Assembly: GCA_013416795.1 (NCBI GenBank)
Contig: RQSC01000014.1
Span: forward strand, 514,339-578,338
Length of the DNA stretch: 64,000 nt
Source of the DNA: Prasinococcaceae sp. CCMP 1430
Lineage: Eukaryota; Plantae; Prasinodermophyta
Direction: 5' to 3'
In this document: piece by piece, positions 1 to 11,895 of the stretch
Layout: each line of letters opens with the position of its first letter
How positions within the stretch are numbered: position 1 is the stretch's first letter
Notes under the pieces: model-generated
What the model was told of the DNA's origin: nothing
Database searches by the model: none
What the model saw: only the letters and a program-made list of their open reading frames with translations
Translations under genes and position numbers: made by a program

Positions 1-184
1 AGCCCAGCGTGTCGAACTTGTACAGCACGCTCTGGTAGAGCACGTCCGACACCGCGCGCGACCGCTCCGCGCGCTTGACGTCCGCCATGCGCCGGTAGAG
101 CGACAGGCTCTCTCCGGCGGCCGCGCCGGCGGCCTCGCCGGCGTCGCCCGCGCCCGCGGCGGCCTGGCCGTCCTCGTCGGCGGC
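1..184 (-). CDS. Partial DUF760 / UV-B-induced protein At3g17800-like (runs off the window start; 5' end unclear near the single N at 186)
   Basis: Manual minus-strand translation gives ...GESLSLYRRMADVKRAERSRAVSDVLYQSVLYKFDTLG, resembling the LYRRIAEVKxxERxxALEEILY motif of DUF760 proteins. Confidence 0.6.
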
Positions 185-279
185 ANACACAGCCACGCCG
201 CACCGCGCGCCGCGCGTCGGCGCGCGCCCGCGGGGCTTCCTCTTCTAGAAGGCGCGCGCGCGTGGCGGCCCGGCCGGCG

Positions 280-386
280 GCGAACCGCGAAATCCGCGGG
301 CCGCGAAACCCGTCCGCATCGAGCGACAGCCCGACGGGCCGGCGAAACCGCGGATGGAGGGCGCGAACCGCGGCGACGCGCGAATC
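280..386. promoter_or_regulatory. Cluster of six (C)GCGAA motifs
   Basis: GCGAA-containing words start at about 280, 286, 302, 342, 362 and 379 in an intergenic stretch. Confidence 0.35.
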
Positions 387-422
387 TCTCGCAGAGCGAC
401 AAGAGAGATTTGGATTTGCTCG

Positions 423-450
423 TTTTTATTTTTATTTTTTATTTTTTATT
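423..450. repeat. (T5-7A)n T-rich tract, A-rich on the minus strand
   Basis: tttttatttttatttttttattttttattt in an otherwise very GC-rich context. Confidence 0.85.
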
Positions 451-833
451 TCGTGCGCGACGGAGACTGACAGCGACAGCGTGCGAGCGAGCGCCGAGCG
501 CGGCGCCGACAGGCGCTCCGCGGCGGGCGAGGCGCCGGCGGCGGCCGCAGTCTTTGGCAACGCGCGGGTGGCGGCCGTGGCCGCAATCGGTGGATGAGGC
601 CTGCCCCAACGAGCGCTCAGGGTCCGCCGGAGCGCGCGACCGCGGGCGCGGGCGCGAGCGCGAAGAGAGAAATGCTATGCACCGCGCGTCACAGAGCCGA
701 GCTCTGGGGGCTCGCTCTTTTACGCGGCGGCGCGCAGGCGCGCGCGCACGGTGGCCTGCTGCTGCACCCCACGCCGTCGGCTGTCGCAGGAGGGCCCGCC
801 CCAGCGCGTCGCTGCGCCGGACCAGCCACGCGC

Positions 834-2161
834 TCATCGCCGCTTTCGCAGGTCGTCTGTGGACGTGCCGCGCGCGTCCGAGTGGTTGACGTGCTCCCAG
901 CCGTCGTCGCGGGAGGGCTCAGGCCCCCCGGCGAAGCCGTCGGCAGTGCGTGCGCCGCCGCCCGCTCCTGCGCTGCCGCCAGCGCCTGCATTCCCGCGAC
1001 CACGACGCGCGCCGCTGCCGCCGCCACCCGCCGTGCCGCCGCCGAAGTTGCGGCTCGCACGAGGGGGCGCGCGCTTCACGAGCAGGCCGGCGCCGTTCGA
1101 TCGCGTGGGGCGCCCTCCGAGTCAGCGCGAGAGAGCGAGGGAGGAAAGGCGAGGGGAGCGACTCGAGCCGGAGAAGCGACACGGGAGCACGCGCGCACTC
1201 GCACCTGTCTGGGAGGAAGCCCCGCGAGCTCGGGCGCGAGGCGTACGATGCCATTTCCGACGACGATACCGCACACATGGTTTAAAAGTGAACTCTGTGG
1301 ATGCAGGAAATGGACCAAGCCCAGCTCGAGCCACGCGGCCCACTTGCTCTCCACGCTGAAGAAGAAGAAGCCCTCGCGGCGCGTGCCGGCGACCTTGCCT
1401 GCCACGACCTTGAGCGCGAAAATGACGCCCGTGTAGCCCATGCAGCACTCGTCCCAGTAGATGCCTTCGAAGAGCCCGAGCGTTGCCAGCGTGCCCGCAG
1501 CGGCCACGTAGAGCGTCTGCGTGGCCACGCAGCACAGGAAGAGCAACGCGCCGAATCGCTTCGTCCCGAGCGCGAGCTCCAGGTTGAAGCCCTTCTGGCA
1601 CAGAGACACGGTTTCATAGTACAGGTGATAGACGCCGCGCGTGGCCAGCAGCGGCAGCAGCAGCCTCGCGGGCCACGGCGAGCCGCCGCCGCCGCCGCCG
1701 CCTTCGACGCCGTAGCCGTACCCAAAAAAGTCCGCCGGGTTGAGGCACATCGAGGACACCCAGCCAAGGCCAAAGCCGTCGCTCGCGCGCCGCCCGAGGA
1801 GCAGCTCGCCGAGGAGGTCAGTGAGGCCGTCGCCGCCAACGTGCAGCAGCACGGGCGGCACGAGCAGACACAGGCTCGCGACGGGCTTGAAAGGCAGGCG
1901 GTTGAGCGCCTCGAACACGCGCATCAGCAGCATGAGCTGCAGGGGCAGGGCGGCGAGGAAAACACAGTGGCCAGCGAGCGCTCGTCAGCTGCGCGACCGC
2001 GCGAGGGCGCGCACTGTGCGCTCCCTCGCTCGCTCCCTCGCTCGCCGGCTCGCTCGCTCGCTCGCTCGCTCGCAACGCACGAGCATGAAGTTGTCGTTCC
2101 CGCGGCCGTACATGCCGCGGCCGCGGCCGTACCCGTAGCGCTGCCGCCCGCCGAACATCAT
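834..2161 (-). CDS. Rhomboid-like protein, RBL14/RHBDD1 clade; exons 2161-2081, 1936-1205, 1073-834
   Basis: Motifs LNRLPFKPVASL, HLYYE..SL..KG..LE, CCMGYTGVIFALKVV, W.EL..VHFL.P.SSLLNHVCGI. Both GT-AG introns join in frame and have CTGAC 48 nt upstream of the acceptor. Confidence 0.85.
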
Positions 2162-2434
2162 GGCGGCAGGCCACTGGGGCGTGCGGGTGGCGTCCCCCCC
2201 CCCCCCCCGGTCTTGGGCGCTGGCGCCGCGCGCGCGCGCGTGTGCCGCGCCCGAGCGGAGGTGGCGTCGGCACGCGCGAGTCGGCGCGCGCGCTCTTTTT
2301 TGCGCCCCTCCAGGGGGGAATGCGGCCCTCATCACACAGCATTGCGCGCGCTCTGCGATTGCCGATTGCATATTACGCCGTGTCGCATACTGTACATGCC
2401 GCGCACGCCGGGCGCGCGCCGCGCAGAGGCCTTG

Positions 2435-3112
2435 TCACGCGCCCTCGAAGAGCCGCGGGAGCTTGTCGAAGAAGGCGTCCACCCACCCGAGCGCGCCGCT
2501 GCCGTCGGCGACGCCGCAGCTCGCTGCGCGGTCCCCCCCGCGCGGGGCGTCCGCGAGCACCCACGCGCCGCCGCCGCCGCGCTCGCTCGGGAGGCGCGTG
2601 CGGCACAGCGGGCAGTCGCCGCCGCCGCTTGTGTTGCGCCAGCGATGGTAGCACGAGGCGCAGAAAGCGTGGCCGCACGGCGCAACGAGCTCCAGGCTGC
2701 CGTCCATGCAGATGCAGCACACGTCCTCTTCCTCTTCCTCTTCCTCCTCCTCGGATGCCGCGCCGCTGTCGTCCCCGTCGCCTGCGTGGCCATCGTCGCC
2801 GCGTGTTTCTGCGCCCTCGGCGCGCCGCCGCGCGCCGCCGCGCGCGTGCGCGAGGGCGCCGAGCTCCGCCTCGGTCTGCGCGAGCACGGGCAGAACGAAC
2901 TCGTACAGCTGGCGCAGCGATGCGCGCCGCGGCCGCACGCATTCGGCGGCGGAGACCAGCACGAAACCGTCGGCGCCCGCGTNTCGCACGCGGCGCGCCT
3001 CGCGGTGCGCCGCCGCGCGCACCTCCGGCACCGCCCACTGCGCGTACCGGTAGGCGCGCGGCAGCCCGTACGCCAGCCCGTACACGACCAGGTACACCGC
3101 CAGCTCGGCCAT
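2435..3112 (-). CDS. C3HC4 RING finger protein, AIRP2/RNF141-like putative E3 ligase (one N at 2983)
   Basis: CCICMD...APCGHAFCASC..RW...CPLCR; upstream RASLRQLYEFVLPVL resembles the AIRP2/RNF141 motif; ATG at 3112. Confidence 0.85.
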   Translation of the reverse strand: MAELAVYLVVYGLAYGLPRAYRYAQWAVPEVRAAAHREARRVRXAGADGFVLVSAAECVRPRRASLRQLYEFVLPVLAQTEAELGALAHARGGARRRAEGAETRGDDGHAGDGDDSGAASEEEEEEEEEDVCCICMDGSLELVAPCGHAFCASCYHRWRNTSGGGDCPLCRTRLPSERGGGGAWVLADAPRGGDRAASCGVADGSGALGWVDAFFDKLPRLFEGA

Positions 3113-4168
3113 CTGCTCGCCCCCTCGGGCGCGCGCGCCAACGCCGGGGCTCACACTCCTCCTCCCCTCCTGGCGGGGCGGGGATGCCCCCCCCGCTGCT
3201 GGCAGGCGGGCCCTCCCGCGCGCACTGTGGCGCGCCGCCGGCGCTGCCGCTCGCTCGCGCCCGCCCACTTCTCGGCAAAAAAGAAAAAGCGCCTCACTCG
3301 ATGCGATGATACCAGGCACAGCACGTCTCTCGAGCTCTCGAGCGCACGTGCGCGTGCAACACTGATATTGGTATCACGATGACCATCGTCACATCTCGTG
3401 CGTGCGCACCACTCAGTCAGACATCAGAGGAGTCTGCCAGCCAGCCAGCGATGTGCGCTGTCCGTCACCAGGCTGTTGCCGTTGGTGTTTGGTGTGTTGG
3501 TGTTGGTAGGTGGGTGTTGCTCTTGGTGTTGGTGTTGCCGTTGGCGTTGGTGTTGCGCGCGGGGCGGGATCGGATCCAGCCATGCGAGAGGCCGTGCGGC
3601 TGTCCCTGTGCCTGCCCGCCGTCATCCAGTCAGTCAGCCGCCATCCATCCGGCCAGCGGCGGGGGGCGTTGCCCCAACCTTCTGTCTGTCCCTCCATCAA
3701 CAGCACATCAGACTCCTGCACAGCCATGAGTCGGAGTATTCAACACCGCCCAACCAACCAACCAACGCACCAACGTCCCATCGATCGATCGAAGGCGGCT
3801 TTTCACCCACCCGCCGTTCGACGGCCGTCGCGGCGTGCGCAGCGTCGAAGACCCACAGACCGACAGAACCAACCGGCGAACCGGTGCACGCATGCACGCA
3901 CGTGCACCAGCACCTGCCTGCCTGCGTGCCTGACGTGTTCTCGGGTGTACGACCCGGTCTGCGTAGTGTTGTGTTTCGGTGTCGCCCCGGCTCTGACTCA
4001 GCACCTCGCGATCCCCGAGGATCTGATCCAATGGTCGCCGACGGGGCGCGCGCCGGCCGGCCCGGCGGGGCGCCGCGCGGCGAAATCGGGAAGCGCGATT
4101 TCGGGGGCTGCAGCTCCTTCCGCGGCGGCGACGCGGTGCTCCGCGGCCGGGCGGCGCGGCGCCGCGCG

Positions 4169-7100
4169 ATGGCCGCGCGGCGCAAGTTCGACCGGGGGGG
4201 CCTACGGCAGCACATGCTGTGCGGCGTGGGCGATGTGCCCGTGTTCGAGCCCTCCGAGGAGGAGTTCGCCGCGGGACCGTACGCGTACCTCGCCACGATC
4301 CGCGAGGAGGGGGCGCGATACGGGCTGTGCCGCGTGCGGCCGCCGAAGAGCTTCCGCGTGCCGCTCGCGCTGTCGATGAAGACGCTGCGCTTCGACACGC
4401 GCTCGCAGCCCGTCAACGAGCTCATGAAGCGCGAGGCGTACGTGCAAACCGAGGAGGAGTTCATGAAGGAGTACGAGGCGTTCCTGGAAGAGAAAGGCGT
4501 CGCCCGCTGGCGGCGGCCGCCCGCGTACGACGGCGAGGAGCTCGACCTGCGCCAGCTCTTCGCAGAGGTGAGGCGCAGGGGCGGCTTCCGCTCGGTCGGC
4601 CGGCGCCGCATGTGGCGCGAGGTCGTGCGCGCGATGGGCGTCGGCGACGAGCGCGACAACGCCCCCACCGTATTCCGGGCGCTCTACGAGAAACACCTGC
4701 TCGCCTATGAGCAGCACTGCGCTCCGGGTGGTGCCACGGCGGACGAGACCGCGGTGGCCAGCGGAGGCGCGCCGCCGGCGGGGCCGTCGGCTGACGGTGG
4801 GGTGGCCGGCGCGGCGGCGGCAGGCGGCGGGGGCGTACCCTCGGTCCAGCCTTCCCCGGCCAAGAGCGCCGGGGGCAAAGCGCCGGCGCACACGCACGCG
4901 AGGCGCGTGGTTGCGGAGGCTGCAGCTGCGGCAAACGCGCGTGGGGGGGCGAGCGTCACGGGGGCACGCGGCCAGGCGGATGCAGTATCGGGCGCCGCCG
5001 TCCTTCGACAGGGGAGCAGCGCGCGAGGCCCCGGCTGCTCCGACGCCAACGCCAGGGACATCGTCGCAAGCAGCGGCCTCCGCGGCGGCACAGGTGCGGG
5101 GAGCACCGCTCGCGCGGTGGGGGCGGCCAGGCGCGCTTCTGATTCCGCCAGCGATGGCGACGTCGACAGCGGGAGCGAAATACAGGCGGGCGCCGACGAT
5201 GGCGGCGCGCGAGCCGGCGCCGTTGACTGCGGCGCCGATGCCGCCTCCGGGGTGGACTCCGATAGCGATTCCGAGGTTGGCCGCGTCGTGTGCGAACACT
5301 GCAATTGCGGAGGCCACGAAGACTGCATGCTGCTGTGCGATGGCTGCAATACCGGCTATCACATGTATTGCCTGAGCCCCCCGCTGGAGCGCGTGCCTGA
5401 CGGCGAGTGGCACTGCCCGCGCTGCGCTGAGAAGCGCGCAGAGGCGTGGGGCTTCGAAGATGGCGGGGAGTACACCGCCACGGAGCTGCAAGAGAGCAAC
5501 CGGGCCTTCATGTCGCGCTATTTCGGATCGGACTCGCGCGCGCGGTCGCTGAGCGTCCACGAGATCGAGGCGGAGTTCTGGCGGTGCGTGGAATCTCCCG
5601 ACCATACCGTGCGGGTTCTGTACGGAGCAGACCTAGACACCCACGTGGTCGGCTCTGGGTTTCCCGTCGCTGAGGAAGTGCGCAAGCGCTTCAAGTCTGA
5701 GGACATGCCGCCGCCTCCGCCGCACCTGCGCGCACCCGGCACCCGCGGTGGCGCGCCCAGCCCCGCCACAGCTGCCTGCGCCTCGAGCGCCTGGAACCTC
5801 AACAACATTCCATTCGACACGCAGAGCATGCTCAACTTCATCGAGCAGCGCGTCCAGGGCATCATGGTGCCGTGGCTGTACTTGGGCATGTGCTTCAGCA
5901 GCTTCGCGTGGCACACCGAAGACCACCACCTGTACAGCATCAACTACAACCATGTCGGCGCGCCGAAGGTGTGGTATACGGTGCCGGCCTCGTCCAGGGA
6001 GGGGTTGGAGAGGGTCATGCGCGACGTGCTTCCCGACATGTTCGACGCCCACCCGGACCTACTGTTTCAGCTCACGACTTTGGTTAACCCGGCGCAGCTG
6101 GAGGCTGCGGGCGTCCCCGTGTATCGCTGCGTCCAGCACGCGGGTGAGTTCGTCTTTGCCTTCCCCGGCGCCTACCACGGCGGCTTCAATGCGGGCTTCA
6201 ACGTCGCCGAGGCCGTCAATTTTGGTGCGGCCGACTGGATTCCTTCGGGCGTCCAGGCCACGGCACGCATAGCCAAGTTTCACCGCCCGGGCCTTTTCTG
6301 CCAAGAGGAAGTCGCAGCTCGCGCAGCACAGCGTCAGGCTGCCTTTCACAGGCGGTATCTCTCGCGTCCTGGGCGCAAAAAACGGGTGACGCCCACGCTT
6401 TTCCCGCGCGAGGCCGCCGAGACCGTCGCACGCGAGCTGCTGCGCGTGCATAGGCAGGAGAGCGAAGCACGCAGAGACGTCCTCCAAGCAGGATGCGCGC
6501 CCGAGCCGCGGAACGCTGCGGCGCGAGAGAACGCGAGTATCAACGGCGCGGCCAAAAGGGGCAGTGCACGACGGCGCGGCCGCGTGCTCGCGCCGACTGC
6601 GGGCGGCGCCGCCGCCGGTGACGGCGACGAGCACGAGTGCATTGTGTGCAGACGGTTTGTCTTCGCGTCGGCGGTTGGCTGCAGCTGTTGCCCGGGACGC
6701 GCTGCTTGCCCCATGCACGCCGACAAGCTGTGTGACTGTGCGCCTGGCAAGCGCGCGCTCATTAGCGGCGGGGCGGCCCACCTGCGCGCCCTTCGCGAGA
6801 ACGCCAGCACGCTTGCTGATGCCATGCACGACGAAAGTGGGGAAGCGAGCGCCGAGCTACAGTCCCATCTGCGTGCGCTGAGCGAGTTTGAGTCGACTCG
6901 AAACGGTGCTGAACGATGGCTCGAAGAGGCGCAAGCGTTGCTCGACTCGCGTCCGGGCGCAGGTGCACGTCCAAGGGACCCACGGCGGCTCGTTGGGCTC
7001 ACTGACAGCCTCGCGGAGCGCATGGACACGCATATTGTTGCCTGTGGCGCGCTGCTCTGTGCGGGTTTCGAGCCACGCGATGACGAGTGCTCGGAAGACG

Positions 7101-10100
7101 GCTCCGGCGGAGAGACAAGTGATGGCGACGAGAGCTGCTCCATTCAGCTTGGTGATGAAGTGCGTGCGCGGTATGCGCAGCTCTGCAAGGCTGCTGCATG
7201 GCGCAAGGAGGCGGTCGCATTCATGCTGCCGCACACGCGGACGCAGGGCAGTGCAGCGTCGCAGACCCGCAGAACGCGCTCTGTTGTCGCCGGCGGCGAT
7301 GGGATGGAAAAGCTGGCAAGGAAAGTCAGGACAGCTGCTGCCGACCATGCATGCAGTGGCACTTGCCCCGGTCGAGATTGTGCCGATGGCTCGACGAGTG
7401 CGGCTGGTGGGACGCGGGAGGGGTACGTTGCTGTACGCAACGGTTTTGCGCCCGGAGATCGCGTCGGTGAAGTGCCAACTGTCGAGCGGGTGCAGCGCCT
7501 GATCGCCGATGGTGATCTGGGTGGGCCAGGCGAGGTGTTTGGCCACTCAATGCTCAAGATGCTGAGGGATATGCATGCTGCTGAGGTCGAGCTCGACACC
7601 ATTGTTTGTCAGGTCATGTCGGCTGCCGAGAGCTCCGGCTCACTCGATGAGACGAGCAGCTCGCCGCTCGCCTCACACATCGGGCCCGGGGACAAGCCGA
7701 TAGATGCGCTCTCAACTCTTGCGGCGCGCGTTGGCGCCTCGCGCGTGCGTCTGAAGTCGGGCTCGGCATTCATGCGCGCTGTCAGCGCATTGCTCGATTG
7801 GGAACGCGAGGTGCGTATCCTCAGCACGTCATGCAATGACCAAACAGCAGCCAGAGACCTGAACGCGCTACCGACATTCAGCGCTGCGCAAGATCTGGCA
7901 GAGCGATACTCGAAGCTACTCTTCAGGGGTGCTGTGCACGACCTGCATGCGACCTTCAAAAGCACCGTGCTCGATCCGGCCGCGTCGTGGATATCAAAGG
8001 CCACGCGAATGGTCGCTTGGCGCCTGGGGACCGCGAGTGCGAACGAAATGCTCTCTGTTGCGCAGGAGCGCAAACTTCCCGTAGCGGGCAGTGCTTTAGC
8101 GCGCATCGCGGAGTGCGCGGAGGCTACCGCTGCATTCGTGAAAGAGCCCGTCGTAGCAGCTGCAGCGCGTGCGGCAGCGAAGCCCTTGCGGAGGGGGACC
8201 ACGCGCGGTACTGTGCCTCAGCGCATGGATGCGTCATCAGTGGCTGTGCGAGCGGCGAAGGCCATGGCCGCCACGTCTCGGGACGGGCGCGACGAACATG
8301 GAGCGGCCGCGCGTGCGCGTTCACTGTTGTCAGGCATAGCAAGCGATTCGGCTGTGTTTGCTTTTGAGGCCGAGGTGGCCGCTGCCGGCATGCGTTTCAT
8401 CGAATGGCGTGAGGCGGTAGAACGTGCACACGATGCGGAGGATGGTAGCGATGCAGCCGTGCTGACGGCCTTGTTGGCCTCGGCCTCCCTGTGCGGGGCG
8501 ACGGGCTGCCCCGAGCACGGCGAGCTCGTGGAGCTGCTTGCCGAGAGCCGCAGTTGGGATGCACGCGCGGCGGATCTTTTGGAGGGAGGCTGTGCCGCCG
8601 AGGATGCCCACGCTCTACTGCGGGAATGCAACGATTGGCAATTTGCGCCAGCGATGGTTGGTGTGGTGAACGCCGAACTCGCGCGCTGCAAGGCATGGTC
8701 TGAGCGCGCAGCGCTCGCGCTTCGCACGCGCGCGCCCTTGCGAGCGTCGACAGTCTCCACCGCTATTCCCGACATGCCTGCAGTGGCCGCGCTCATCCAA
8801 GAGGCATGCGCACTCCCCATGCGACCGCGCGAGGCCGATGCGCTGCGCGAGAAGTACGCTCTGGCACGTGCGTGGGAGTGCGAATGTGCGGATGAGCTCA
8901 CCGAGTGCGGTGCAATTGACGAGGCGCGCGCTGAACGCATCCGGGATATTATTGCACGCGGCGAGGCGTTCGCTCTTGTGTTGCCCGTGCTGAGTGCAAT
9001 GAAGGCCTTTCTGCGAGCTTCCGAGTGGAACGCGCGCGCAGCTCTGCTTTGGTGCGGAGGTGCGAGGCGAAATCGCGCCGGACTGCCGACTGTTGCTCAG
9101 CTTGCGGGGCTCAAGCGTTCTGCAGAGGCCATTGCTACGCTCGCCGATGCGGGCGCCGTGGCGGTGCCTGACAGCCGTCGTGGTGAAGAGCTCCGCGTCT
9201 GCGCCGCATTGCACGCTCGCGTGGTGGAGCAGTCGCGTTTGGCTTCAGAATGGGACAGGCGCGCTAGGGAGATCCTCGAGGACGATGGCCTTCGCGATGG
9301 GAAACGCTCGGGCGTCAGCGGGCGTCGAGGCGGCACGCACCCCGTAGCCGACGCGCAGCGCTTCATTGAGAGCGCTGCGGCAATCGAGGTCAAGCTTGAG
9401 TACTTGGAGGCTCTCGAACATGAGCTCGTCCAGTATCACCTGCGGGTTGCTCGTGTGCAAAGTCTGCTTGCCGATCTTGGCATTGACTTCGAAGCGGAGG
9501 TACCCGATATCGAAGAAGAGGCGTCTGATGCGAGTCTGAGCTCCGGAGAGGACGAGACGAGCAAAGAAGGCGGAGGCAAGCGCAAGGCGCAAGGTCAACT
9601 TTGTCCGCGGCGGAAGCGCGCGCGCGCCCCACCGCGCTCTCTGCTCCCAGGCGAGTCGGACGAAGGGGTGCTGGCCGGCACGAGGCTGTTGTTGCGCGAG
9701 GGCCCGCCTGTCGAGGAATCGGAGCGCTTCGAGTACGGTGATATTGAATCTGTGCTTGATGAGGACGATGCGTCACCCATTCCCCTCGACGCGCGCACTC
9801 GTGGCGCTCTCGCTCGAGCAATCGAGCCGGCGGATGAGTGGTCCGAGGCGGCTTCGAGGGCGATATGCGCAGACCCCGCCAATGAGCTTGGCGACGTGCT
9901 TGAGTACCTATCCGACCGTGTAGCAAATGCGCAGGCGCGTCTCGAGCAGGCCGCGGCTGGCGACTATCTAGAGGACAGGGAGGCCGCCCTGGGCATCGAC
10001 GGGGGCGATAAGAGGCGCGGCCGCAAGCGTCACTTGCGGCGCGAAGTTCGCTTTTGCCTATGCGGGGTCAACGAAAAGGAGGACGATGGCGGTGTGGACA

Positions 10101-11491
10101 TGGTGTGCTGTGACATGTGTGACCAGTGGGTGCACGTCGACTGCGTCGGCCTCACCAAGCAGGAAGTCACGGCAATGGACGCGTTCATCTGTCCAGTGTG
10201 CGCTCAAGGCCGCGAGCCGCTCGGTCGGAAGTCGAAGCGCAACGAGGTGCGGGGTACAATCGCGCACGACTCGTTCTGCGTATCGAATCGCCCGACGCTA
10301 AGCGACCTGAGGGTGCTCGCCGCGGCCTCGCGGCGCTTGATCGTTAAGCCTGCCCTCGAGGAGCAGCTGCTGTCCACAATCAAGAGCCTGGAGCGTTTCG
10401 ATGTGGCCGCACACGGATTTATGGACATGCTCACCGACCACGATACCCCCACGCCGGCGCCGCGGGCGTGCGTGGCGTACGCGGCGATCTCGATGGAGGT
10501 GCCGCTGCGCTCCGCCGCGGCCGTCGTTGCCTCGGCGGCGCTCGATACGCTCACCAAGAGCGCCAACAAGCTCCTCGAGGCCGAGCTGAAGCCCTCTCTG
10601 AAGTCGGTCTCGCGGTTCATTCGGCGCGTGGAAGCACTCGACCTCCCCGAACGGGTCAAGGATTCGGGCGCGCTAGGCGAGCTCGCCCGCTACGAGCGCG
10701 AGGGAACCGCGTGGGCGCGCGAGGCGCGTGCCGCGTTGGAAGACCTCACCATGCCTCTTTCCGTCGTGCGACGCATCATTTCCGCGGCAGACGATCTCTT
10801 CGTGGGGGTCACGAAGGAGGTGGCGCAGCTCGAAGACCGCTGTGTGCTGCATTGCGTGTGCCGCAAGCCTTACGATGGTTCGTCATGCATGATATTGTGC
10901 GACGTGTGTGACACGTGGTTCCACTACGAGTGCGTCGGCCTGAAGGCGCCGGCCCCGGGAGAGAAGGCCACGCATCCCAGCAGGTGGGCGTGCCCGAGTT
11001 GCCTCGGCGAGTCGCAGGTGTTGCTACCCGCAGGGCAGGATGCCGCACCCAAAGAGGTCAAGCCTACACTTTCGACGCCAGCAGCCGCATCCACGCTGGA
11101 GGACGCTGGGGATGCCGGCGCGGCGCACAAGCGGGCCCTGGATGCGCCTGCTGATGGCGCACGAGTCGCACCCGCGTCGCATCCCGCGCAGCAATGCCCT
11201 CGCGCGGCGGCGGCAGAAGCCAGCAGGGCATCGACGCTTCCATCTGCTGCTCCACTGAGCGTGTCGGTCGAAATGCACCCGACCGCAGTTGCGCAGGCGC
11301 ATGCTGAGCAAGTCGCCAGGGCCGCTCGCGAGCAACAGCTGTTGATAGAGGCTCACGCAGCACAGCTGCAAGCCGCCCAAATACAGAGCGCACAGTTTGC
11401 TGCCCGCGCTCAACAATTTGGCATCGTTGACACGCAGGGGCAAGTGGCGCACCAACAATTGCTTCTGTTACAGCAGCAGCAGCAGCAGCAC

Positions 11492-11525
<34 letters not shown>

Positions 11526-11788
11526 TGCATCAGCAATTGCAGGTGCATATGCAGCGTCAGCAGCAGCAGATGCTCGCGGCGCAGGCCGGCGTGTGCATGA
11601 CCGCACCAAATCTTACCCCCGCGCAGACGCACGTGTCGACGAGCGCGTTGCCGCAAATGCAGGTGCCAGGTGCCCAATACCTCATGCCGATGGGCAGGGC
11701 GGAGGCAGCCATGGCTACTACGCAGCTCTCGGGCGTCGCGACGTCAGCAGCGCTGCCCCTCACGTGGCCGCAGTATCTACCGCCTTAG
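4169..11788 (+). CDS. KDM5: KDM5/JARID1-type H3K4 demethylase (JmjN-ARID-PHD-JmjC-C5HC2-PLU1-PHD-PHD, polyQ tail), apparently intronless, about 2539 aa
   Basis: JmjN (PVFEPSEEEF...GLCRVRPP), ARID (LDLRQLFAEV..RGG), PHD (CEHC...LLCDGC...HMYCLSPPL), JmjC with intact WHTED, KVWY and YHGGFN, C5HC2, two C-terminal PHD fingers. An upstream in-frame ATG at 4031 is an alternative start. Confidence 0.93.
11471..11524 (+). repeat. CAG repeat encoding Q6-H-Q11
   Basis: (cag)6 cac caa (cag)10 in frame within KDM5. Confidence 0.95.
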
Positions 11789-11829
11789 CCGTGGCATGCC
11801 TTCGAGCTGGAGCCATCGCGCCATGGGCA

Positions 11830-11834
11830 TGTAA
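11830..11834 (+). terminator. TGTAA polyadenylation signal of KDM5
   Basis: TGTAA 41 nt after the stop codon; UGUAA is the established chlorophyte poly(A) signal. Confidence 0.55.
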
Positions 11835-11895
11835 CATAGATATACAGTAGCATATATGTACAACAGTTGCGAACGTCGCTCGTAGCTGGCGCGCG

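Noticed and set aside
3305-3376. C/D-box snoRNA
   Set aside because: No proper RTGATGA C box and no recognisable rRNA guide; kept only as a low-interest structural note.
1301-3382. 693-aa plus-strand ORF and the many other long overlapping ORFs (e.g. 47935-49833, 61476-62765, 16820-18175)
   Set aside because: Antisense shadows of real genes; stop codons are rare at this GC content.
3398-4168. N-terminal 257 aa of the 2796-aa ORF
   Set aside because: It starts at a non-ATG codon, has low-complexity non-protein-like composition and precedes JmjN; treated as 5' UTR or promoter.
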